From: Tubulanus polymorphus
Taxonomy: Eukaryota; Animalia; Nemertea
Length of the DNA: 64,000 nucleotides
Assembly (NCBI RefSeq): GCF_964204645.1
Contig: NC_134030.1
Span: 8,041,122 to 8,105,121 of the forward strand
Reading direction: 5' to 3'
Under the pieces are notes generated by a model that saw only the letters and a program-made list of their open reading frames with translations, was not told the DNA's origin and searched no databases. Of this stretch, positions 1 to 10,700 are shown in pieces; the stretch's first letter is position 1, and each line of letters opens with the position of its first letter. The translations under genes were made by a program, and so were the position numbers.

Positions 1-465
1 AACAGTTATAGTCGCGTACGCGCCTATACAATATACATGATATATAATTATTCGACGATGTATCTTTATTGCACGGACGTCACAGGGCGTAACGAAATTG
101 GAAAGCGAAACGGATTCACGGTGTTGGAAAATTTGTTGTTGTGAAATTTGTCACGTTCGTCGCATTAACACACGGCAATCCGACCAATTTTTACGTCAAT
201 TTGTGCATCGATTCAATCGTAGTTTTCGAGTTTTTTTTGTCCAAATGTTCGTTATCTAAGGTTGACTAAGGAGTAATGCATGTGTATACTACATTTCAAA
301 ATGGTGACAATGTTAATCAACCTAGAGGGTCACGTTCGTGTTAATGCGCATTAAATTTTCTAATTGTTGATATCACATAATCATTCATTTTAATTAAATC
401 ATCTCACTTTCTTTCAATCGGAAAATTGTGATAAAATAAAAGAAGAAAACCGTGAAGATACTTAC

Positions 466-487
466 CAGAAATATGTACTGAGAACAT
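466..487 (-). CDS. Possible first coding exon (MFSVHIS-) of a gene continuing off the left edge
   Basis: acaaaATG followed 22 nt later by a consensus donor CTG|GTAAGT. Upstream region 620-950 is relatively CpG-rich with an ATTGG/CCAAT motif near 860. Could instead be a non-coding exon or a chance match. Confidence 0.3.
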
Positions 488-1765
488 TTTGTAGTAATTG
501 TAGTAAACTTGATGTCGGCGAAATCAAAGCGTTGAAATATGGCGATTTATATGACGGCAACTTTCTTTCCTTCTAAGACGATGTTTCGTAGATTTTTTGT
601 TAGTTCCCAATTTGAGTTCTGCTATAGCTGATGCATAGTATCGCTTCACTTGCTCGCTGATGAATGAATTTTTATCGGTGCAGATCGGAGGCCGGCTGTT
701 CTATGCGTCGATATCTTTCGGCAGATTTTCGAGGTTTTCCGGGATTCTAGGCGACAGGGACTATCGATACAAAAGATCAGGACAAGTTAAGTCACAAACT
801 TTATATCTGTAGTGGCTATTAATCTTGCGCGCGCGGCCAAGACGTATGACGGGCGCTGATTGGAGCATCCAGTCGTTTCTAGGTGTATCTGCGTGGGATG
901 TGCCGCGTGTATGACTAATTTTCCGTCGCTCTAACGAACGCAAAATCTTATAGACGACAATTACGACTAAGACGATCAAGAGAGACTTTCTTTCTTTCGA
1001 TCACAATTAAAATCAGTTTGTTCCAAGTCACAGGATCGGAAGTGACGATTTCGCCGCCACCTCTTGTAGCAGAAATTATCAGCTGAACTGCTGAGAGATT
1101 CTCGAGAACCGGAACACTTTTGTGGTGATTCTGATTTCTGATAATTTGTTCATTTGCTAATAACGCAACACCCTTTTAGCCTATGGCCTGGGCGTCGTCT
1201 AACCGAGTGACGCTTCGCTGACTCTTTTTGTACAAAAAAAAGCTATCTTATCCATAATTCAGCGTTCTTGGTGACAAAAAGATCCTCCTATCTTTCCCCA
1301 CGGATCTAAATATTGTCAAAACTTAATGCAGGTACTAGTGGCCACATACGCGCTGCTCAGGTATTCCCGTTGATATAAAAGAAATACACATTCATGTTAA
1401 GTATATTTCTAGTCGATTCTACTACTTGTTGAGGGCTGGAGAAGACGTTAAAAACTCAAAATCTACTTAACCCAACCGCGCACGGAACCGAAAAAACATT
1501 TTATGCCGTGTGCGGTGGGCTTTAGAAGGTAATAGAAGCACTTTCCATTGGTTTCTTTTGCAAAACCTTTCCAAATTCTAGATGTAACATGTATAAAGGA
1601 AAGAAATATAACTGAAAAAAGTAATATATTTTGATAATAGAAATAAAGGGGACAGGGGAAACATTTTTTTTCTATCAATGCAATCGATGAAAAGTATTCT
1701 TTATTGGCGGTGGCTTATTGAAGACTAGCCTGCATCATCGTCACAAAGTTCTAGTCCATCCACGA

Positions 1766-1779
1766 GTTGCCATGCAAAC
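1766..1779. promoter_or_regulatory. X-box-like motif
   Basis: GTTGCCATGCAAAC, one mismatch from GTTNCCATGGNAAC; target gene unknown. Confidence 0.3.
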
Positions 1780-2164
1780 ATCTATCTTAACAACCGAATC
1801 CGGTCTAATGAATAAATCAGAGTCATTTTCAGTGGACGTCTGTATATAGCCACTAATTATAAACTGGAATAACAATTAGCCGGCCAAAAAATCCCATGTA
1901 GCCTAATTCGTCTGTTGTTTACCGATGCATGCGCATGAAATGAGATGATTCGTAAGCCATCCGTAATCATATACGTCTAGGTTGTCATGAACCTTCGCAT
2001 TTTCAGTATAGAATTATAGGATCACGACCTGAACATTAGAACATGATTAGAGCGGGCGAAATATGAAATAACCATTGGTAAAACTCTATTCCGTGTTGTA
2101 ACGATATATAGAAAATCCCACACTGATTTAACGGAAAATTGAGTCCGAAAAGTTACCTTTTACC

Positions 2165-2209
2165 TATTCGACGTTTCGACTATTACCTAATTAGTCATCT
2201 TCAGGAACA
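2165..2209 (-). ncRNA. Minimal type I hammerhead ribozyme motif (Penelope-like, dimer type)
   Basis: Minus strand reads UGUUC-CUGAAGA-U-GACUA..UAGUC-GAA-ACGU-C-GAAUA. Core is intact, stem II is 5 bp, stem III is the palindrome ACGU, the cleavage triplet is GUC, and stem I is UGUUC/GAAUA (5 bp). Confidence 0.75.
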
Positions 2210-2296
2210 CTGAATCCTGAAGATGACTATTAGGAAACTTTTCGGACTTTACCTTCCGTTATATTATTTGGATTTTCTATAGAATAGTAATTATCC

Positions 2297-2576
2297 AAGC
2301 CGAGGACACACTAGGCGATTTCGTCGGCCGATTTCGTCGCCCGACGAAATCGCCGGTAAAATCGCCTTGTGTGTCCGGGCAATCGCCTTCGGCGATTTAG
2401 TCGGCCGACGAAATCGCCCGAATCCAAGATGTTGGATTCTGTCGCCGGCGACAGAATCGCCCAGTGTGTCCGGGTACGGCGATCAGCCAATCACGGCTCT
2501 TCGACGGTTCACGTGATAGCAAAATGGTGACCTCCACCGATTCGGCCGACGAAATCGTCCAGTGTGTCTGAGGCTT
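2297..2576. mobile_element. GC-rich palindromic MITE, possibly PIF/Harbinger-type
   Basis: Terminal inverted repeats aagccgaggacacact..cgatttcgtcggccga / tcggccgacgaaatcg..agtgtgtctgaggctt. Internal reiteration of cgacgaaatcgcc and gtgtgtccggg. Confidence 0.8.
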
Positions 2577-2987
2577 AACAACTACGAAGATGATTTTATG
2601 AATGCGGTTCTCCACATTTTGATAAATCGACGGGGGCTGTCATATTGGAAATGAATGAACCACTCAGGGCCCGGTTTCCCAGCTGTGAGTTGTTCGATTA
2701 TAGAATTGTTGTAAATTCGTTTCCAATTACTTAAGTCTGAGCATGTCCAAGGTCGGTAAAACGTAAAAGTAGTTTGGATATAACGTAATAGATTTGGATC
2801 ATTCTAGGTTTGCCTTTTGCTTTGGAAATGACCTCAGCTGAATAATGGAGTAGTTGCATTGAGCTAAAAAGTAAAATACATATTTAACTTATACGTAAAA
2901 CGTGTATTTTACCTTTTTACAACATGCATTATCCAACAGTAATATAACGGAAGGTAAAGTCCGAAAAATCGCCAAGTCATCTTCCAG

Positions 2988-3039
2988 TATTCATGAAGTT
3001 GACTAGGCCCTAAATAGGTTATAGTCGAAACGTCGAATA
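2988..3039 (+). ncRNA. Degenerate hammerhead copy in the right arm
   Basis: TATTC-ATGAAGT-T-GACTA...TAGTC-GAAACGTC-GAATA: stems are kept but the CUGANGA core carries two substitutions. Confidence 0.55.
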
Positions 3040-3900
3040 GGTGAAAGGAAACTTTTCGGACTTTATTTTCCGTTGTATCAGTGTGGGATTTTCTATATAT
3101 CGTTACAACACGGAAGTGTTTTGCCAATGCTTATTTACTATTTTGCCCGCTCTAATCATGTTCTAATGTTCAGGTTGTGATCCTATAATTCTATACTGAA
3201 TGCATTTCAACTTGCATTATTTTGCAACAATAAAGTTTACGAACATCGAAAGTTGATTAAGATCAGGGCGAAAATGTCAAAGGTTTGCATTATATAACGA
3301 TAGTTTATTGTTGGACATTCTTCGAAGAAAACTTGATCACTTCGACTTAAGACTCGTGTTTATCAAAACTTAGTGGTAGACAAATCATTGTTCCGCGAGA
3401 AACCGTGAATACCCAATTAGTTACTACTCACGATAGATACCCATTTGATTTGGCATATACATTGTCCTCTCGTCATATCAACCTGTCGGTTTGTGTGTGA
3501 CAGCTAAGTATATAGATGATTTTGCAGTCAAAAACAGAGTCTAGTTTGCCGGTATCTGTAAACGAAATAATGAAAAACAAAACTGACGACGTCTTTTCAG
3601 GCATTCTCCTGGGTGTGGTTATCGAAGACTTGAAGAGTTCAGATTTGCGAGCGAGGCCGCGTACTCGTAAAAAAATAGAATAGTCCTGACAACAAATTTT
3701 GAACAACAAATCAAGCAACGCACGAAACAAAATCCGTTTATTGAACATAACTTAGAAATAATAATTCCCAAACTCAAAATATCTACTTTTATCTTCGGAA
3801 GGCATTTTGGTTTATTCTCTATGCTGGAAGGGACAATACCGGTGGCATGGCATCGAAAAAAGTGCCATGTGATAAGCCATCGTCGCTATGTTCCTTTTAA

Positions 3901-4742
3901 TCAATCTTCATAGGAATAATAATCGTACCAGTCTTCCTCTTCCAAAGTTTCCAATTCACTCTCGCTTCCGTACATGGATTCATGATTTTCTCCGTATATC
4001 GATTCTTCGAAAGAGATCTCTTCGGATTCTTCATCGTCGTAGACTTCGTCGTAATCGACTTCGTCTTCGCTATAATGCGAGTCCTCTTCGTTCTCGTACA
4101 TGGCCTCGTATTCTCCGTTCTCGTTGGAAATTTCGTATTCTTCGTCTTCGTAAGCAGCTTCGTATTCTTCGGCCCCGTAGGCAGCTTCGTATTCGTCATT
4201 CTCCTCGTCATAAGCGGTTTCTTCGTAGTAGGTGTATTTTTCGACGCTGGTGTATTCCTCGTCGTCGGGAGCGTTTCTTCCGTAGTTTCGGTCATCGTAA
4301 TAGGTAGGATAGTCGTACCTATTCGTCGGGTAGTTGTACTGATAACTTGGATAATTATAATATCCATAACTAGGATAGTTATGATATCCGTATTTTGGGT
4401 ATCCCCGATAATGGTAGTCGTACCCACCACGGTACGGATTGTAATTACCGTATTGTGAATGGTAATCGTTGTACCCGTATGGATAAGGAGAATTGTAGCC
4501 AGATTCCCGCTGTGGAGAGCCGTAATCATAATAGCCATCGTCGTCGTCATATTCCTCGCGAATTATTTCTTCTTTGTAGTAATAATTCTCTTCGTAAATG
4601 ATGAAGTCTCCCATGCTTTTACCCTCGACATCGTCGTATTTTTCGCCAAGGTCACCTATATCTTCTACAATGATTATGTCATCGTCGTCATTCGAAGAAG
4701 ACTCCAAAATTACGATATCTTCCACCGAACCAGCTTCTTCCT
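3901..4742 (-). CDS. Uncharacterised acidic (D/E) and Tyr/Gly/Pro/Asn-rich low-complexity protein; probably a terminal exon
   Basis: Long stop-free frame with strongly ordered composition: acidic N-part, YG/YP/YN-rich core, EEYEAAY repeats. Pyrimidine-rich acceptor ctcttggtttactctattgtag precedes 4742. An alternative in-frame ATG in good context (aaaagcATGG) is at 4614. AATAAA lies downstream at 3811-3816. No upstream exon could be identified. Confidence 0.7.
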
Positions 4743-5199
4743 CTACAATAGAGTAAACCAAGAGTAGGTATGTATATACAAATCCTACTTTTAAATTGGT
4801 CCCATGGTATGGGCTCTACGGTATGATAGGTATTGTATATGGTATGATGTTTATGTGATGTATCCTGCCTCTGACATCGCCAGCTTCAGAAGCCTGATCC
4901 ATAGCCACGACCTCGGAAAAAAGGCGGTCTGATGAGGCAATACGGAAACGCTCCCCCGGAAAGGCTACATCCAATCCAGCTTCTGTACAGCACAGAGTCC
5001 AGCTTGCGCTAGGGGATTTGAAACCAAAAATGGCTTTATCAGTCACACCTGATAACCTATAAAAACCTGAAACTGAAGTTGTCATCTTCGATTCCGAAGG
5101 ACGACCAACAACAATATATCAAGAAGAGCGTTCTGTTCTTCTACATCTTTCATTCACGATCATGGATACGTGATATAACGGGTTTCTTCTCGACGAATG

Positions 5200-5358
5200 C
5201 AAATATTGTAATATATATGTTGCTTCGGTGGAAACCGAGTGTCTTGCTAGTATTGTATATATGTATTATATTGTTTTCTTCTAATCCGCTGTTCATTGAC
5301 GATCATGTCATGTGATTATAATGAATAAACAAACTTGAAACTTGAAACTTGAAACTTG
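5200..5358 (+). mobile_element. 3' end of a non-LTR retroelement (CR1/L2-like tail)
   Basis: AATAAA at 5324-5329 followed by (aaacttg)4 at 5331-5358. The 5' boundary is approximate. Confidence 0.5.
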
Positions 5359-5869
5359 CGTTTCAGGAAGTAAACGGCCCATCGCATGATATCAAACTCG
5401 GGGAGAATATTGTAGATTTATGTTATGACCTACCGTATGCACCCGCTGCCCTAAAAGCAATCACCAATAATAATACCAATAGCCTCATCCTAAGATGCAA
5501 ACGAAAGTTAGATGCAACTTATCTTATCAATTATTTTCAGTCCCAAATAGAATTTTTCAGAAGATGACTTAATTTTTTCTCTAATTTTACCTGTGTCGAC
5601 TGTCTTTTTAGCGGAACTGCTGCGTAGAAAAATGTTAAGCGTTTATATAAGTGACTATAGCGCCTATAAATTTCATTTTTGACAGGTGGCGATGAGTCGT
5701 GTATTCAGGTGAACTGGTGAAGATTTTTCTCTTCGTAAATTGAACGCTGCGTTGTGAACATTTCTAGCACCTGCGATCATAGTTTCGCCAATAACTGCCA
5801 GATCACGCGCTTCGGAAGATAAATATCACGATACCGCGAGGACGATTGTGGCTATAAACAAAACTTGTA

Positions 5870-6117
<248 letters not shown>

Positions 6118-6549
6118 TGTATGACTAAATACCGCATATTAAAACAACGTGGGTGCCCCCAGACAACGAAATCCCACCCACGGTATTTTTAGAATGGATA
6201 TATTCGTTCATGAAAACGCGGATTACTTATGAACATGTCTGACTGGTGATGAATATCGCCCGTGTCGTGCGGATTAGCGAACGAATTGTTGATAGTTCGT
6301 TGTTTTATATACATGATTCCCAAAAGGGTTTTTTGTTAATTAATTATCTTAAAAAATTGAAAAGTTTTCGTCTTGTCCCTATAGGGCATTTCAACTAATT
6401 AGAATTTCTCTTGCTGCCAAGTGAGAGAATGAATTGTATTCCTTTTTTCGAAAGAACGAATCTTAGTATGTAGCCCAAATATAGCCACGGATTATCATAC
6501 AGTCCCTTCTACGGACAATGGGGATGCGCGTGAATGATGTCCCAATTAA

Positions 6550-6720
6550 AAGCCCAGCGCACACGACGCGGGGAAACACGGAAAAAGGAGACGAAAACAA
6601 TGTTTCCGAGCGTTTCCCTGGGTCGAGTGCGTTTAATTAAAGAAGAACATGGTTCCCTTTCTGACGTCAAACCAGATACATTGTTTCCGTGTTTCCCTCC
6701 GCGCCGTGTGCGTTGGGTTT
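6550..6720. mobile_element. MITE, possibly PIF/Harbinger-type
   Basis: Inverted termini agcccagcgcacacgacgcggggaaacacggaaa / tttccgtgtttccctccgcgccgtgtgcgttgggttt. Confidence 0.75.
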
Positions 6721-7419
6721 GGCTAGCTTATGTCGGGCTGCGATTCAACAGATGTTACCGACGCATGGGATAATCAGGACCGTATTTAGCACTGTGGGGC
6801 AGGGAAAATATCATATCATAGATTTGCCCTTTTTCGGCATTCGTGGTCGGTGAATTGAATAGGCCACACTTGATGACCAATGTCAAGCTTGCGAACAGCA
6901 CGCGGGCACTGGGACTGATTTAGGAGATCTAGACCCCAGCCTTCCCTTTTCGTCAAGGCAGAGATCGTTAAGACCTATAAATTTGACACTTAACCTCTCG
7001 GAAATTGCATCTTTTATGCAGAATGAATTTCATTACGTGGATGGATTTCTTCAGAAGTATATCTAAACCTAGATGGAGGGACCCCCACTCGTGAGCTTCG
7101 ACATGGCTGCTTTATCCGAGAAATGCCTTTTCTAGATCTGCGTCCCTGTCGCTGGACATCGGGACGTCAATTGGCGACAGTTTACGGGTCTGTAAATCCT
7201 TGATCATCAGGCTACGTTGGCTTTCGTTTTTAAGACCAAGGAGTTGCTGGTGCGCATTATTTCCCCAGCATCGCACTCCTTAAATCGTTGCAATGTACCA
7301 GTAATCATAAAACGTTTTAGAGGTGAAAACCGTTGCTGAACCCAAAAGAGCTAAAGGTGCAAGGCAAACCTAAAAGACAAAATCTCAAATGAATTTCTTC
7401 TCCGATGTATACATAGTAC

Positions 7420-7425
7420 TTTATT
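7420..7425 (-). other. Candidate polyadenylation signal AATAAA of WDR60
   Basis: tttatt on the + strand about 285 nt downstream of the WDR60 stop codon. Confidence 0.5.
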
Positions 7426-7710
7426 TTTGACAAACTTCATCAACTAAAATATATTCATAAGTATATTATTTTACAACCAACAAGTAATAATGAATGATCT
7501 ACTACGACGTGACATGGACTGCGTCATTTCAAGACATCTAAATGTACCCCCACGTAAGCAGCAACAGCTGGAGTAGCACGTGTTTGGACGGAAGTCACTT
7601 ATACGTAGTTGTCATTTATACAATCTAATTGTATTAAAGCTTCACCAGCTGAATCTGTCAAATTATCAAGTCCAAACGGATAAACATCCAAAGATACTAT
7701 GAAAGTCTGT

Positions 7711-10700
7711 TCACAGCGAGTCTACGTAATTCGTGAATTGATACACCTCATCCAGAGCGGCTACGGCATATTGTTGCGACACATTATGCACTTCTAGCTT
7801 ATTATCCGCCGTGCAAATCACCTGAAAAATCGAGAAAATTATTTTTCATAAATCATGATAAGTGACAAATAATTTGACAGCAGAATTTAGTTAAGCATCG
7901 ACTAGGAGACTGTCTGGTTAAATTCACAAGTCTGGTCAACTAACTTGTCGCGCTCGACTCATTTGATCATTTATAATTGAACAGTTTTTTTGTTTCTGTT
8001 GTCCGCGGGGCTCAGAGGTCTATATCCCAATACATTACAGCCTTAAGGTTCCTCTGTGTTCCCCTCGAAGATTCTGTTAAAAACGTTTCACATAAGATTT
8101 ATTTTGTATCTATATTGGATTGAGATGAAGTAATATCATATCACTAGCAGAATTTATCGAAGGGGTGCTAAAGAATTTGACTTCGTCCTCCCTACAATTT
8201 TCCCACTTTGGATGAAACCTGAATATGACCACGCCAGATTATTCAACAGTATCGGAAAATAAAGACTAGCGTCGAATTACCATCTGTGGTTGTCTTCCAG
8301 GTAGACCAAGGCCAGTAGCGCAGTGATCGTTGGACAAACAGAAACTCAAGATTCTAAAATGAAAACAGTTCACAGAGAGTTTGAATACATGTGAAATTCG
8401 TCAGCGAAATGTCTGAAAATAAGGCTACAGCCCACTAACTCACCCCTGCTCATTGACTTTTTCTATTTTGATCGGCGATGAATCGTCCATTAACAGATTC
8501 CAAACATGAACACGACCGTCATCGTCGACAACAAAGAAAACACTTGGACGGCTACGAGACCAACAAATGCAAGACACAGCATTTCCATTCGTCGAGGACG
8601 GCCAGCACATAATAGGCAATTCTATAATAATACGGATCAGTGAAGATTTTATTCAAAAAAGTTATCTCTATAAACAGTTTCTGTATTCACAACAGTGTGG
8701 CCACTTTTATTTGACTTGCTTTTTCCCTGACTATTCCCTGGTATGTAAGTTGTTTTCCCTGAATTTATCTGCTAAAAATCCGATCAATTAACACAGTCAA
8801 GTACGTAACACATAGATTGGTACCGGTAACTGTTTGATTTAATGCACAATCTAGCAATCTCAACCAATCCAAACCCGACTTTTCCCCGATTTCCAGGTAA
8901 GTGGCCACCCAGCACAATTCATTTCATCTTTACCCGAGTTGATATTATGCAAGCGAATAGAGCCATCGTCACAACCAGCCTAAAATGCGGAGAAATAACG
9001 TCATAAAGATATGTATACTTTTCATATAACAAGACCGAGTTCCTAGAAGTAACTATCTAACTGTTAGTAGGATAACCACACTCAAACGTGGTGAACGGAT
9101 AATAAGATAAAAACCCACCATGTACAAATTAAAAGAATTTAAAATCGTCGTATTTTATAGTTTAGATTGTTTGAATAAATAAATTCTCGATTTTAAATTC
9201 TTTTAATTTGTACATAGTGGGTTTTTATCTTATTATCTAACTGTTATTATCAACCAAGAACTGGGTCCAGGATGTCTCATTGTTTTAGATGGTGAAAGTC
9301 ATCTGTTTAAGCCATCATTTAATGGATACTGCCCCAATGGATCCCGCAAATCAGCCAAAAGATGAACATAATTTACTTACGAGAAATATATGTTCCGCGA
9401 ATGGTGAAAAATCCAGCGAGCAAATACTAACTGGGCTTTCTGAAAGAGCAAAAAATTTGAAAATCTAACCCACCGTAATTATGAGTTCGGATGAAACCTT
9501 AAAACATTTATTAAAATGGCTGACCTTCTTCAGTGTGATAAGATTTAGGCGGGGCTCGCCCGGTGTGTCGTACCCCGTGTATCACATGACCGACGTCCGT
9601 TCCGACGTAGAAATGATTGACATCCGACGGCAAAAGCTGAAGGTTGAACATTCGTATAGCGGCCTCGTTATCCCTGAAATTCACGATGAATCGCTAATAA
9701 CACTCAATGTTTTATAACGAGCCAGCTGAACACCTGTCAGGCATAAGGCTCGCGTAAGAATGAAAGAAGCGATCATTGGCAATAAGAAATGGTACGTATC
9801 ATAAGCTGTCGATAACATTGGAAAAAGAAATTAGGCAAAGAATCTAATAAGAATCAGACTGTCGCTTTCACCTAGTCCTGGAAGTGGTTGTATCCGCAGT
9901 GATCTCCGTCGCTCTACAATCTCATATGATACTGAGGTTCTTAGTGAACTCACACTAAATAGATTAGGCATATACAGTCAACCCCCGATATATCGCCCAC
10001 AATGGTGCAGAACGATTATGGTGGTATAGAGAGTATGGCGGTATATCGGGGGTGTTTTACTATGTATTTGTAGAGATGTACATTGAGAAAACCTGGTGGT
10101 AGGCGAAGGTGGTGGTATATGGGAGGGCGGTATATCGGGGGGTTGACTGTAGTTGGTTTTGTTCTGGACAAATCCTACCTGAGAGGGTTATTTAGTTTGA
10201 TTGTGGAACTTTTTAGTAGCTTGATTCGACCACCCGGCGACAAGCCAAAATCGGATTCGGAACCCGCTTCATCAGGATTTGAGATTTCGGCAACGACCTA
10301 AAATAGAAATATAACTTGAATCGAATGACTGAGGAGGCAGATTTATTTATACCTGCACGAATATTTCAAAAGAAGCAAGATATCCCGCTATTACTTACCC
10401 ATATATGGAGAAAGCCTGCTTCCTCTAATGAGACAAGTTGAAACGACAAACCAGAGCTCACATCTAAAAAAGAACCGATTCCAAAATGATCGATTTCAGA
10501 AATATGCCAGTATTGATAAAACTACGGTAATAATTCAGCTAAATCTTTAAATAGAACTTTGAGAATACAAACTCACCACTAGTCGCCTTTCTTGGGTCAA
10601 ATAATGAAGTTTTCACGCTGCAATGGATAATCAGGACTAAGATTAATCAAGTATGCCCTGCACAGATTGAGCTAATTTCATGAAGAACACTGTAGTACGT

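Larger units (their letters stand above)
1997..3203. mobile_element. Fold-back structure with ~265-bp inverted arms containing Penelope-like hammerhead motifs
   Basis: Left arm ~1997-2268 (ttcagtatagaattataggatcac...) is the imperfect reverse complement of right arm ~2939-3203 (...gtgatcctataattctatactgaa). Each arm is itself partly palindromic. No clear target-site duplication. Confidence 0.8.

Noticed and set aside
3888-4767. Multiple overlapping ORFs on both strands over the Tyr/acidic gene
   Set aside because: Shadows of the biased GAA/GAC/TAC codon usage of the single minus-strand frame.
4929-4955. ctgatgaggcaatacggaaacgctc as a hammerhead
   Set aside because: Core words are present, but stem II and stem I cannot pair.
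6800-7370. Moderately GC-rich, coding-looking stretch downstream of WDR60
   Set aside because: The frames examined are interrupted by stops and give no recognisable protein motif.
9872-9954. Extra WDR60 exon candidate (ag|TGTGAG..CTAG|gtgaaa)
   Set aside because: 83 nt, would shift the frame. Flanking exons 10179 and 9673 already join in phase, and the peptide has no WDR60 similarity.
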